NCBI RefSeq assembly: GCF_036321535.1
Contig: NC_087437.1
Span: 17,548,001 to 17,612,000 of the forward strand
Direction: 5' to 3'
DNA length: 64,000 nucleotides
Source of the DNA: Camelus dromedarius
Lineage: Eukaryota
In this document: positions 1 to 12,735 of the stretch, in pieces
How the letters are laid out: the number at the start of each line of letters is the position of its first letter
How positions within the stretch are numbered: position 1 is the first letter of the stretch
Translations under genes and position numbers: made by a program
Notes under the pieces: generated by a model
Told to the model about the DNA's origin: nothing
Database searches by the model: none
Seen by the model: only the letters and a program-made list of their open reading frames with translations

Positions 1-49
1 AAATTAAAAAGCATCATAAAGGGAAGTAAAAAAAACCCACCCCATTTTG

Positions 50-518
50 GACACTTCATACTCTCTTTATCTCAGTTCTTATTGCAGGATTGGCTATAGC
101 AGATGGCTTTGTGGGGACTTTCTTTGACAACACCTTGGTTTAAGCATGTGCTCTGTATCTCTTTCTACTCCCCCTGGGCCTCTGTGACACCACGGCAGGG
201 GATGTCAGTGGGAGGCTGCTGGAGACTCATCCACGCACAGCCTTGAGGTGTGACAACCCTCAACCAAGACGGATGGAAGCCAGTGGATAAAGACTTCTCC
301 ACGTTGATCCTCTGGGGCCATAATTCTGAGAGACCTTCTGTATGTTTCCTCAGGAGAACCGGGCCAGATGCATCACCGGTTGCCCATGGTGATGCTCAGC
401 CCAACAGCATCCTTGTCAATCCCTCCTTGTCTGTTTCATTCTCCTTGGTCTCTAGAAATTGCTTCTCAGATAAACTGTCTGCTCATCACCCTTGTCTCAG
501 GGAACTTAGGCTAAGATA
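50..518 (+). mobile_element. Old ERVL-type solo LTR (LTR16-like)
   Basis: Ends in 'gataaactgtctgctc...ccttgtctcaggg aacttaggctaagata', resembling the 3' terminus of LTR16-family LTRs. Family and left boundary judged by eye. Confidence 0.5.
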
Positions 519-629
519 CTCCTCCAAACACTCAACCCCAACAAAATCATTCCCATTCCAGGATATTTCTGTGCATACCCACAAGACTAGTATAAAGTAG
601 AAATAGGTTTATAGAAATGAGATAATTTT

Positions 630-3387
630 TTCCAACTTTACTGAGGTATAGTTGACACATAATATTGTGTAGGTTAAAATGTACAACATGATGATTTGAG
701 AAACTTGTTTATTGTGAAATGATTGCCACAGTAGGGTTAGCTGACACCTCCACTACTTCACATAATTACCTTTCCTTTTTTTGTGGTGAGAATATTTAAG
801 ATCTACTCTTAGCAAATTTTAAGTATATAACTATTAACTATAGCCACCATGCTGTACCCTAGATCCTTAGAACTTATTTACCTTATAACTGGAAATTTGT
901 ACCCTTTGACCAGTCTATCCATTTTCCCCAACACCAAGCTCCTGACAACCACCATTCTATTCTGTTTCTAGGAGTTTGGCATTTTTAGATTCTGTATGTA
1001 AGTGATGCCACATGATAACTGTCATTCTCTGTCTGACATTTAACTTAGCATAATGCCCTCAAAGGCCATCCATTTTCTAACAAATGGCAAGATTTTCTTC
1101 TTTCTCGTGGCAGAATAATATCCATGTGTATTAATACATACATACATACCAGATCTTCTTTATCCATTTATCTGTAGATGGACACTTCGGTTGTTTTCGT
1201 ATCTTGCCTATGGGGAATAATGTTGCGATGAACATGGGCGTACAGCTATTTCTTTGTGATACTGATAATTTCTTTTGGATATATACCCAGAAGTGGGATT
1301 TCTGGATTATACAGTAGTTCTATTTTTAATTTTTAAAGGAATTTCCATACTGTTTCCACAGTAGCTGTTCCAATTTACATTCTCGCCAACAGTGCCCTTT
1401 TCTCCACATCCTTGCCCCATGTGTTACCTCTGGTGTATCTCTTGTCTTTTTGATGACAGCCATTCTAACAGGTGAGTTGATATTTCATTGTGGTTTTGAT
1501 GTCGAATTGCCTGACAGTTAGTGATGGCGAGCATCTTTTCATGTACCTGTTGGCCATTTGTATGTCTTCTTTGGAAAAATGTCTCTTCAAGTCCTCTGCC
1601 CATTTTTAATTGGATTAATAAGTTAATTAATTCTGCTGTGGGGCTACATTAGTTCCTTATGTATTGTTGCTCTTCACCCCTTATGAGATAAATGATTTGC
1701 AAATATATTCTTCGTCGCCTTTTCATTGTGTTGCTTGTTCCTTTTGCTGTGCAGAAGTGTTTTAGTCTCCTGTAGTCCCACATATTTACTTTTGCATGGT
1801 TGCTTGTGTGTTTGGTGTCATATCTAAAGAAAAGTGTTTCCAAGTCCAATGTGAGAGAGCCTTTTCCCTTATCTTTTCTTCTAGGAATTTTATGGCTTCA
1901 GGTTTTATGTTTAAATCCTTAATTCATTTTAAGTTAATTTTTGTGGTGTAAGATAGGGGTCCAGTTTCATTCCTCTGCATGTGATTACCCAGGTTTCCCA
2001 ATTCTGTCGATGGAGGAAACTTTCCCAATCGAGAATTTTTTTTTTCCTGATTTCATTGAATTGTGTTTCTGTGTTTTTCTTGTGGCTTATCGCACTTCCT
2101 TAAACCACTTATTTTGAATTCTTTATTGGGCAAATTACAGATCTCCATGTGTTTGGGGTCAATTACTGGAAGATTATTGTAACTCTTTGGTAGTGTCATG
2201 TTTCTTTGATTTTTTTCACGTTCCTTTGAGTCTTGAGTTGCTATCTTTGCATTTGAAGTAGTCGCCTCCTCTTGTCTGTACTGACTTCAGGAGAGGAATA
2301 CTTTCCATTAGCCCTGCTAGGGTTTCTGAGGCTTTCTCAGCTCTTCTATGGACACAGTTACTGCAAACTTCGTCCTCCCTCGTGTGAAAGAATTCTCAAG
2401 CTTGCACTCCTTCTCTTCATCTTGCAACACACCAGATAATGCCTGGACAGCCTCCCTTTAATTTTTCTGGAGGAAGCGCTAAAGCTCAAGTTTGTGGTCT
2501 CTTCCTGGCCCGCAGATCTGGGTTGACTTTCTGCGCTTGCCCATCAGCCATCTGCCCAAGATTGCTCTCGCTGCCATTGGTTGCAGACAGTGAGAGCCAA
2601 CCGCTGAGTGTGGGGGGGGGGTGTGGGTGAGGCGCTCAGAGCACTGTGGCTGCCCATGGGCCGGCTGGGGGATCCATGGGCCAGATGTCCCTAATAGTTG
2701 TGGGCGGACTTGATGGAGTCCTTGATACAGTTAGTAGGATTGCATCCCTCTAATGTCCTCCAAGATTCCTCTGTGCCGCTCTCCCACCCTCTTCCTGCCC
2801 CCGCGTCATGCAGCTCATGACTCAACGCTCTGGATGGAGTGAGAGAGAAATGGGCCTCCTTGGCAGCAGCCTGTGCAGGTAGGAAAGTCAGGTGCTCACC
2901 CGAACACTCACCTTCCCCTGTGGGAGAAATCATAGGCTGAGAAGAGAAGATGTCTCTTGGCTCTGAGCTGTACTGCCTTCGAGAGAGGTGATGCAGGTAA
3001 AGTCAAATTGTTCCTCTTACTCTCTCCATTGTGTTCACGCTTGCATATTTTTCTCCAGTGATGTGCTGGAACTTCTCCACTGGAAACCTGGACTTCCACA
3101 AAGTCTTTCTTGTCTGTGGGTAATTGGCTAAGACAGTGTTTTCCAGGGGCTCCCAGACCACAGCTGAGAGGGGCTGGAGCAGGTTCATGGGCCCCTGCAG
3201 CATCTGCAGCCAGGACAAAGGTCTCTGTGTCTACTGTCTGACACACGAGTGGGCAGGACCCCTCCCGGGTCCCTTGGTGAATGGTGTTGGATCTCACAGC
3301 TCCCGCATCTGTGCATGGCTGCCAAATTGTCACTGTTGAAGTGTGGGAGGCATGGATGAGGGATGTCTTAGGTTGGGACATCACTCC
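630..3387 (-). mobile_element. LINE-1 (L1MA-like) with 3' end and 5' end but large internal deletion; 17-bp TSD
   Basis: 630-~2040 is antisense L1 3'UTR plus ORF2 C-terminus (ORF 1649..1849 'WDY..LK.FCTAK'). ~2041-3387 is antisense ORF1 start plus GC-richer 5'UTR. Direct repeat AGAAATGAGATAATTTT at 613-629 and 3388-3404. Confidence 0.85.
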
Positions 3388-5089
3388 AGAAATGAGATAA
3401 TTTTAGACATCTTCAAATAGTATTTTTTTTTATAATATCACTAGAAGATCCTTAAGAGAATGTATGGCCAGGACTGCGGTGAGGTGACTGAGACTCCTAT
3501 GGTGCAAAATTGAAGGGGGCACTCACTCTCAGGGTTGTGCACGTGCAAGTTCAGCCTCTTGTCTCATCCAAGTCCCAGGCCTAGGAGAATCAGTGGGCTC
3601 TCTTGGGGACTAAAGTCCCAGAAATTTGTTCAGGGATAGGGCATAATGCCTGCAGAAGAGAGGAAACCTTTGGTGGCAGGACATTCCCCTCCTTGTACAA
3701 TGTCATGTGGATGAGTGAAGACAGCAGAATCCCTAAGTCTTGAAGAGCACAGGCTTCAGGACCAGATGGGCTTGGACACCTACATGAGAATCCATCTGTT
3801 GGATGGAGAGTGGTGGGCAAAGCATGCCACTTTGGTTGGAGGGGAGTCAGCTTCAGTGGAAGTCTAGTTATGGTGGGTGTCCTGGGAATCCTGGGAAAGT
3901 GAGAATCACTTCTGTCCTGGGGACTTGGAGGAAAATACAGCAAAGGAGAGGACCACCAAGTGCATTTCAATTTAACAAATAATTATCAAGGACCTACATG
4001 TTTAAGACATTGTGCTGAGCTGGAGGGGACATAAGGATGGAGCTGCAGTTAAGGTAACATACATCTTTAAGCGCCCTCTCACCTCCTGTCCTGTTGGGGG
4101 CTGTGCCTGGTCTGGCTGGTGGTATATTCTGTGAAGATGGCAGGCCAGGGAGTTTCTCCCTTATCTGAAGCTAGTTTAGCTGCTGGACTTAAGGATATTT
4201 TCCACACTGGGAGTATGGCAGAGGTAGGAGTGGGAAGGTGAACTCAAGGATGAGGTCTGAATGGGTCAACAAATTGAAGAGGGTGAGAGGTAGACCCTGG
4301 AGCCAGGGAGAGAGATTGTAGTGGATGAGGGTGGGAGATGGATCAAAAGAATAAATGATGAGAGTTGTGGGTGAACACTTGGGAGAGAAGCTGTTTTCCA
4401 GAGCTGGCTTTTATCATCACGGCATGGCTCGTAGCAAAGCAATATGGTGGGTGCCTTTTACCCAAGGTGGGGTTCATCTTTCTGCTTCTCCCCCAGGCTT
4501 AATTGTTCTTGAGGAGGCATGACTACATTTTCTGGAGACACAATAGGTCTGAGTTCGGAAGCAGTAGCCTGAGAATAAACAGTGTCTTTGTTTTCTTACA
4601 GGTCAGCATAGTCCAAGCATCAAATCTCTGTACCCCACTGACCCAGGTCATCTTATTATTTTTGCCTTTGTTGTTCTTGAGCACTGTCAGTCACAAAGTT
4701 TCAGCCCTAAACAAATATATGAGCTCACTTCTGAGAAGTATTGGCCAGGGCTGCTGGTTCCCACACCACAGGAAACTGCACTCACTATTCTCAGATATTA
4801 AAAATAGTCTCCTTTGACCCATTCTATCTATGTGTCTCTCCATTCCTCTGAAGCTTGTATACTTTGTCCCTGCTTTTTCATTTCCCTCTTTTCTTCACAT
4901 GAGCTGAACCACCTGGTTTTTTTTTTTATCACATTCACCCTCCAGACACTTTCTCACTGAGACCCTTTCTGGATCTTCATATCCAATGGGCCTCTTTAGT
5001 GTTGATCTGAAGTGCTCATTCTATGGTACTGGATACTTTTGACCACATCACTCATCTTGGTTTTCTCCTTGAGCTCCTTCTTTTTTCCT

Positions 5090-5498
5090 TTTAAGTTTCT
5101 TAAAATTAAAAGAAAAAATTTTAAATACAATTGTTGAAGATTACTTCCCATTTACAGTTATTACAAAATATTGGCTTTGGTCCCTGTGTTGTACAATACA
5201 TCCTTGAGCCTGTCTTACACCCAATAGTTTGTACCTCCCATTCATCCACCTCTAAATTGACCTCCCCTCTTCCCTGTCCCCACTGGTAAGCACTTATTTT
5301 TTCTCTATATCTGTAAGTCTGCTTCTTTTTAGTTATATTCACTAGTTTGTTGTGTTTTTTAGATTTTACATACAAGTGATATCATACAGTATTTGTCTTT
5401 CTCTGTCTGACTTATTTCACTAAGCATAATGCCCCCCAAGTCAATCCATATTGCTGCAAATAGCAAGATTTCATTCTTTTATGGCTGAGTAATATTCC

Positions 5499-5535
<37 letters not shown>

Positions 5536-5643
5536 TTATACACACATATACATACACCACATCTTCTTTATCCATTCATCTGTTGATGGGCACTTAAGTT
5601 GCTTCCATATCTTGGCTATTGTAAATAATGCTGCAGTGAACAA
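5090..5643 (-). mobile_element. 5'-truncated L1 3' end containing a (TG)n microsatellite
   Basis: Antisense L1 3'UTR/ORF2 end ('gtctgacttatttcactaagcataatg', 'tatccattcatctgttgatgggcac'). Degenerate flanking repeat ttttctccttgagct / ttttcttcttgggct. Confidence 0.8.
5501..5533. repeat. (TG)n microsatellite
   Basis: Uninterrupted TG dinucleotide run within the L1. Confidence 0.95.
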
Positions 5644-6574
5644 TGTTTTTCTTCTTGGGCTTCTGTGTTATTGCTTTCTCTGGTGTTTTTGTCCATCTCT
5701 CTGGCTGTATTGGTTCATTCCTTTTGGTTCATCTGCCCCTCAGATGTTGCTGCTCCTTGAAGTTGTATCCTGGTCCTCTTCTTTCCTATCTCACCCTGAG
5801 TGTATTTTTTTTCCTTCCTATAATTATAATTTCTAGAATTACTCCTGTAACAACTATAATATGTGAGTTATTGACCCCCACATCTACATCTACAGTTCAA
5901 ATCTTACTCCCGAAATTTCAGATCTACATATTCAACTGCCTATAGGATATCCCGGAAGTATTTCAAACTTAACATACCCAAAATTGGACTGATTATTTCC
6001 TAGAAAACTTGATACTCTTCAAGTATGACCTTTATCAGTAAATGTCAACCCTTCTTCAGCCGCCAGAGCCTTGGACATCATCCTAGACATGCCGCCTTCC
6101 TTCATCCTTCACGCTGATGTCCAAGTCCTGTTCTTTCTAACCTGTTGACATCTCTCCTGTTCATTTCCTCTTCTCTGTAATCTTCTAATCAGTCTCCTTG
6201 GCTGTGGTCTCACTATACACAGTGTATTCTTCAAACTCTTGTCAGTGGGATCTTTATGAAATACAAATCTGACCATTTCACTCTCTGGCTTAAAACTGGT
6301 TGAAGGCAACCCCCCACCCAAGAATAAAGCCCAGACCTCTTAGTCTGGCCTTACTGAACCTGCTCACATACTTTGCTTAATGAGAGAATAAGTGAATAAA
6401 TCCACCGTTGAAGTCACTAGTAAACAAACAAGGTGTACCAAGCGGGTCAAGATCTGCCCCTGTGGAAGCCCACTTACTAGGTTGATAAGCCCACAGGATG
6501 TCCTGAATTAAAAGTTTCAAAATCAGAGGCAAGATTTTCCCTCTGTGACCGAGGAGGACAGTAGCATGTAATAT

Positions 6575-6762
6575 CAGTGGGATAGACTTCAGCCCAGCAT
6601 AACTTTCTACTGGTGAGAGCTGTCCGCAAAGCAATGGATTCCCTGAAGTAGAGCGTTTCCCAGATCTGGAGGTGCCCAGATGGGAGACAGCAGGCAGGTT
6701 GAGGAGGGATTCCTGCACCGTGTGCAGTATTGGACTGCAGGGACCTCTCATCTCCCTTCTAT
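6575..6762 (+). mobile_element. CR1/L3 3' end fragment
   Basis: 'aactttctactggtgagagctgtcc...ctggaggtg...gagggattcctgca...ttggact..gacctct...cccttcta' resembles the L3/CR1 3' terminus. Confidence 0.55.
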
Positions 6763-6787
6763 GAGAAGAAGAGAAAAGGAGAAGAAT

Positions 6788-6992
6788 TAATACTTGCTGA
6801 GCACTGACTAAGTATCCTGCATCGTGGTTGATGCTTTATATTTGTTGGTTCATTTTTCCTAACAATCAGTTTAGGGGGAAAGTGCTATTACTATCTTCAT
6901 TTTATTGATGAGGACTCCAAACCTCAGAGAGGTGAGGTGACTTTCCCGAGGCCACTCAGATGGTCAGCGATAGAGCCAGGCTTGTAATCCAC
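6788..6992 (-). mobile_element. MIR SINE
   Basis: 'attttattgatgagga...ctcagagaggtgaggtgactttcccgaggccac' matches the MIR core. Confidence 0.75.
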
Positions 6993-6996
6993 CCTG

Positions 6997-7187
6997 GAGT
7001 GGTTCTCAAAGTGAACTCCCCAGTCAGTAACACCAGCATCACCTGGGATCTTGTTGGACCTGCAGATTCTCAGACCTCATCCAACACCTACTAAGTCAGA
7101 AATGCTGGGGGTGGGTGGGACCCAGTCATCTATGGTTTAACAAGCCTTCCAGGTGATTCTGATGCCTATTAAGTTTGAGAATCACTG
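6997..7187. mobile_element. MER5A-like hAT-Charlie MITE
   Basis: Terminal inverted repeats AGTGGTTCTCAAA ... TTTGAGAATCACT. Internal 'agcatcacctggga', 'tgcagattctc', 'tttaacaagccttccaggtgattctgatgc'. Confidence 0.85.
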
Positions 7188-8545
7188 CTCTAAACAACTC
7201 TCCATTATATCCGATTATGTACCTGGGAAAATATTAGGAAGTTCACCTAAAATGTTTTTTTGGAGAATTTTGAAAAAAATGCTCTCAGTCTATATGCCAT
7301 CCATATTTAGTCTGCTACCTTCCAGGGTGGGGCCAGGGAACTTCATGGTAGGTCCGAACATTCAGCAGCTCCCAGCAGATTACAAGGTAATTCAGAACTA
7401 CATTTTCCTTGAGAACAGCTTCTTGTAGCTTTATACTGCTGTGCATAAGAAACAGTATGAATCTGGATTAAAAAAACAAACAAACAAAACATAACTAAAA
7501 ACAAAGAACACCTTCCAACATAGAATATGAAGAAGCGAACACAAATCCTCCAAATCCCCTTATATAAAATGCGTTCAATAAAAGCAGGAGAAATTTTGTG
7601 TTAAGAAAAAAAGAGCCTGATAGAACTGCTGGTCGTATGCTATCATTTATTTTGTTAATTCAGCAACATTTCGAGTGAGACCCAGATACTATAGCATTTA
7701 AAAATAACGCAACCTTGCTCTTGATGCAAGTGGCAAAAGCAAGAGGTCTCCATGGAGCTTTGCTAAAGGGAAAAAAAAAGAAATTAAAAACCGTCCACTA
7801 ATGTGCCGGCGAGTAATGAAATAAGAATCTGACACTTGGTGCATTGAAATGCAAACAAGATGTCCCTGTGTTACCCTGGCAATTCATCATAAAGGCTGGT
7901 GCATTTCTGCTTATTATACATGAGGTGCAGTGAATTATTACCAGTCTGGTTCTTCTAACAAACTTTTCAAAGTATGTACATGATAGGGTCGAAAGAGATT
8001 TATATATGTGTTTGTGTACACCCACTCTGGGATTCGCACACAGAAGTGTATGTTCCTCTGCCTGTGAATACATGGACCTAAATATCTCTGGATTATAAAT
8101 GAGAAATTCAGGAGCTGACCCAGGTCATTTGGAAGTCTCTCTGTCTCTTTCTCTCTCTGGGCAGATATACCTATATATAAAATGGAATTTAGTGTCAGGG
8201 AACACCAACCCAAACAGGTTTTGGGAAATGTGTTGCAAGAGTTTCAATGCGTTAAGACCATTTTGGAAAACTATTGTTGGAGATACTGCCTCATCATACC
8301 TAAATAGCGTTGCAAAGAAAGGGATGAAATGAGATTTAAAAACAAGACAAAACCTGTGAGGAGACCAGCTAGGTACTTGGGATTTTAGAGATAATATTTG
8401 GGACACATATATGTCTATCTAGTTTATCCCCCTAGTGGAAAGACATCTTTTTGTTGAGAGGAGGCTGAAGAAAATAATTAATGTTTTGATTCATTTGACT
8501 ATCCTATATTAGTGCAACAAAACCTGAAACATTAACATATTTGTG

Positions 8546-8585
8546 GTGTGTGTGTGCGCGCGTGTGCGTGCATGTGTGTGTGTGT
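8546..8585. repeat. Mixed (TG)/(CG) alternating purine-pyrimidine tract
   Basis: gtgtgtgtgtgcgcgcgtgtgcgtgcatgtgtgtgtgtgt. Confidence 0.9.
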
Positions 8586-8662
8586 AAGGTTAAAGTTGGG
8601 ATTTGGATATGAGTTTGGCAAAAACTCACAGTGAGGCAAGAGCATATGTTAATTAGAGGATT

Positions 8663-8840
8663 GGTGGGGAGGGTGTAGCTCAGTGGTAGAGTGTGTGCTT
8701 AGCATGGGTGATGAGGTCCTGGGTTCAATCCCCAGTACTTCCATTAAATAAATAAACCTAATTAACCACCCCCCTGAAAACAAACAAAGTGAATTATGCA
8801 ATCATCACCACAATCAGTTTAAAAAAGAAAGTAAGAAAAA
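8663..8840 (+). mobile_element. tRNA-derived SINE (camelid vic-1-like) with extended tail
   Basis: A box TAGCTCAGTGG, B box GGTTCAATCC, tail aaataaataaacctaatt. TSD AATTAGAGGATT at 8651-8662 and 8841-8852. Confidence 0.9.
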
Positions 8841-8920
8841 AATTAGAGGATTTGGGGGTGGGGGCAGAAGTTAAACTTTACAGGTGTTCCTCATCATAAT
8901 AACCCTGAAAAGGTAGTTTT

Positions 8921-9372
8921 TTTTTTTTTTTTAACATTTTTTATTGATTTATAATCATTTTACAGTGTTGTGTCAAATTCCAGTGTAGAGCACAATTTTT
9001 CAGTTATACATGAACATATATATATTCCTTGTCACATTTTTTTCTCTGTGAGCTACCACAAGATTTTGTATATATTTCCCTGTGCTGTACAGTATATTCT
9101 TGTTAATCTATTCTACAATTTTGAAATCCCAGTCTATCTCTTCCCACCCCCCATCCCCTTGGCAACCACAAGTTTATATTCTATGTCTGTGAGTCTATTT
9201 CTGTTTTGTATTTATGCCTTGTTTTTTTACATTCCACATATGAGTGATCTTTCTCTTTCTGGCTTACTTCACTTAGAATGACATTCTCCAGGAGCGTCCA
9301 TGTTGCTGCAAATGGTGTTATGTTGTTGGTTTTTGTGGCTGAGTAGTATTCCATTGCATAAATATACCACAT
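8921..9372 (-). mobile_element. Young 5'-truncated L1 3' end, inserted in a MIR
   Basis: Poly(T) tail and ORF2 C-terminus (ORF 9181..9372 '[12 protein letters not shown]...[15 protein letters not shown]'). TSD cctgaaaaggtagtttt (8904-8920) / cctgaagagttagtttt (9373-9389). MIR-like sequence on both sides. Confidence 0.92.
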
Positions 9373-10208
9373 CCTGAAGAGTTAGTTTTACTGTTAACAT
9401 CCCACACAGGTGGGAAAACCAAGGCTCAGGGAGATTAAGTATTCAACCAGAAAGTGGTGGAGCTCTGATTTGAACTCAGAGTTGCCTTTGCAGGCTGCTT
9501 TCGAAGCCTCTGAAGCTCCCAAGGAGGGGAGAAACAGGGCTGTGAAGAAAATGCAGTAATGGTTCCCAGGCAGGGGGATCTGGTGCCGCCTTCTGTTTGC
9601 CATGGGGAGTGACACAGGAGACGGTGGGAGTGAGGGGAGCAGAAAGAGAGTTGGTGAAGGGAGTGCAAAGATTTCTCTATGAAAAGTTTTCCAGGCATAT
9701 GTCCTAAACCAGTTTCATTACAGGACTTGGTATAAGGTTGGCACATAAGTGGAATAAAAAAAATGGACATTCCTTTAGAATACCCAGAAAGGTATCTGAA
9801 AAGATATACAACCAACTTCTAATAACAGTTAAAACTGGGGCATCAGATTAAGAGAAAGGATGATTTTGTTTTTAAAAACATTTTGTCATGGAAAATTTCA
9901 AACATATACAAACGTGGAGAGAATAAAATACTAAGGGCAAAATAGAATACTTGTATTCTGCCCAGGTTCAATAATTATCAACTTATGGCCAATCTTTTTT
10001 CATTTTAGCCCATTTCCAAGCCCATTCCTCAAGTCCTCAGTTTATTTTGAAGCAACTCTCAGATAGTACAGCATTCACTAGTGAGGTACTGATTTCAAAA
10101 AGAAAAAAGTATATTCTAATACAAAATAAAAAGGAGAAATGTATTTGGAATCTATGATCATTCAAACAGGGTTGGAGTTCCCATTGTCCAGTTAATTTTT
10201 TTCTGAAG

Positions 10209-10382
10209 CAGTGATTCTCATACTGGGCTGATCACTGAAATGTTCTGGGAAGCTTTTAAAATGAAGATTTCAGAGCCTACCAGGACCCATGGAATCAGAA
10301 TCTCCATGGTAGGCCCAGGGATCTCGGTGATGAATAAGTTCCAAATATGATTCTGATGATGAGCCAGGTTTGGGAGCAGTTG
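10209..10382. mobile_element. MER5-like hAT MITE
   Basis: 'cagtgattctca...gaatcagaatctc...tgattctgatg...caggtttggga'. Confidence 0.65.
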
Positions 10383-11339
10383 GTTTACTTAAGATAAACT
10401 GTTTCAAGTACCTTCAAGCACTTTGGAAAGACTTAATTCCATATAAGCAGTTGATACGCTAATTACAAATTTGCCTTATCTAGTCATTAAATTAGGTTCC
10501 CTGAGGACTACTCTGAATCCCTTGGATTAAAGGAGTTGTTGAATCTAGTTAACCTAGTTCTGATTAGTATATGGCTATAAAATAGAAAAACACATTTTCC
10601 TAATGTATTCTGCAATTCATACTTATTACCAATGTAATACTAGTCTTTGCTACAATTGGTGAAAACACATGCTTTATTTTTGCCAGTAGATTACCTAATT
10701 TTAAGGTGAGAAAATGGAATCGCAAAGCAATTAAGCAACTTTCCTAAGGATATATAGCAGGTTCATAGCTGAGCTGGTACAAATGCAAAACTGGCACTTT
10801 GATAGGCACTGGTCGGTCATTGACAAATAATACAGGGTTCCAGTGTTTCAGGAACTTAGAGCTTAGCTCAGAAACAATGTTCACAGGTGTTGTGAACATG
10901 ATTTCCACAGCCTAGATCTGGTGACAACCAAAGCAGTGTGTTGATTTCATTAAATAAACTCAAGAGCCCCCCAAATAAAACTGTTTTGATTTTTCCAGAA
11001 CAGAGCATAATTTCTATTTTGAGCTTTTATTCTGGCAACAAATGGACACTTAATTTCCACCAATGTAAATAATCTTGGTCAGTTCAGGATTTCTTGTCCC
11101 TTCCCCTTCCATGGAGTTGAAATGAATTCTTGGTGGGGATCAGAATGCCAAGACATCTCAGCATCGTCCACACTGGCATCTTCTGAACATCTCATTTCCA
11201 TCTGGTCCGTAAGGACTGGTCCCTGTAGATTACAGCTGTGTCTCTTTATCCCAACCACAAGGCTTCTTCAGGTTTAGGTCTTAGCTGGTCCCACAATCCT
11301 GTTGGTTGTCCCCAGTTGGCTTTTGATGCACTATGCTGG

Positions 11340-11760
11340 CATGGTATAATAAGAAATAAATATTTGGTCTTTGTCCCTGGTTCCTGGCACAGAACTCCTA
11401 AAACCTTTGGAATATCCTGAGTGAAAAAAGTGATAGGAGAATCTTTTGTTAATCCTAACAAGCCCCTTTAATCATACCTGAGTTTAAGCTAAGGAAGTGA
11501 TTCTTGCTGGGCCCATAGACAGTTCTAGGATCAGGGAGCTGGTCACCAGGAAGGCAAAGCCTTTACTAGAAGCTTGGCATTATTAGGCCCACCTCCAAGT
11601 TGGAGGCTGATTTCAATCACCAGTGGCTAATGCTGGATTAACTCATCCTACGTATGTAAAGAACCTCCATAAAAATCCCTAAATGTCTGGGTTCAGAGGG
11701 CCTTGATGCTGGGCTTTGGGAAGTTCCATGACTTTGACTGAGTTCTGAGCTGCATCTGGG
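11340..11760 (+). mobile_element. ERVL-type LTR (MER21-like)
   Basis: 'tatttggtctttgtccctggttcctggcacagaactcctaaaacc...aacaagcccctt..cacctgagttt..gctaa' resembles the MER21 family. Right boundary approximate. Confidence 0.65.
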
Positions 11761-12194
11761 AATTGAGTACAGGTCCTCCTTACTCTTGGATCCCCAAATC
11801 TATCTGGGAATTCTGTAATGAACACTGCCTCCCAAACACTTGGCCTGGTGTGTGGGTGGGTTGGCGGGGGCAGATGGGGCGAGATGGGAGAGTAAACAGC
11901 ATGGACGCTCCTCTCAGGGACTCACCAGGGTCCAGGTCTCTTCCTTCCCATGCAGTGACCGCAGTACGGGGTTTGGATGTTCCAGTGTTCCCACAGAGTG
12001 TACTCATCTTTCAGCAGCAAATGCCAGTGTGTTTGCTTTGATCTTTTCTCCCTTTGCTCATCAGATTATGGAGCAGTATACAGTCTACTATGGGTGGGGA
12101 TTGGGAAAACAACTTCGAATGACCACACACATTCTTTCTAATCTTTTTATTTATGGTATAAACTATCCCCCTTGACTTCCTCAGAGTTTGAAAC

Positions 12195-12735
12195 GTCAAG
12201 GCCCTCCAGCCAAGACCAGCAAGAGCACATCTTAGTTGAACAAGTTTGGTTTATGACTTGGTGCAGTGAGGGGAAGCCACAGGCCATAAAGAACTGAGAT
12301 GCTGTCAGTAAGAGGGTGTTAGAAAGAACTTATCATAGAATTGGGCTTGTGTTAAGAGATTTTCAAAGAGTTCAAGGAAACGGGATTTTTCTCTGGATTG
12401 GATGCTGTCAGGAAGAAGGGTAAGTCTATGACTGAGTATCTAACACATTTTATCTAGGAGAGAGGACTGTACAGAAGCTGGAGCTGTAACAGGCAAAGAG
12501 GTAGCCGTCATTCCTAGTAGTTGGGTCGGGGGGGATGGTGGGTATTTTGGGGGCTTGAAGAATGTTCATGTTTTGACTGTATTCAGACATGATTCTGGAG
12601 TGGTCTTGTTTTTGTCTTGATCCATTATGGTTTCATAGTAGCCTTGTCTGATAATGATGTTCTGTGAAGTTATTTTTTGTTTTTGTACCTGGAGGGGCCA
12701 GGATGGTTCCTAGCAAAACAGAGGTCAGGCTGCCA
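12195..12735. mobile_element. Old LTR element (LTR78/LTR79-like)
   Basis: 'aagagggtgttagaaag...ttgggcttgtgtta...ctctggattggatgctgtcag' recalled from ancient LTR families. Subfamily uncertain. Confidence 0.45.

Larger units (their letters stand above)
4960..6370 (+). mobile_element. L2 fragment, interrupted by an L1 3' end
   Basis: Pyrimidine-rich L2-like motifs ('ccaatggg...ttgaccac', 'atattcaactgcc', 'aaatctgaccatttcactct', 'agaataaagcccagacctc'). Boundaries approximate. Confidence 0.6.
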
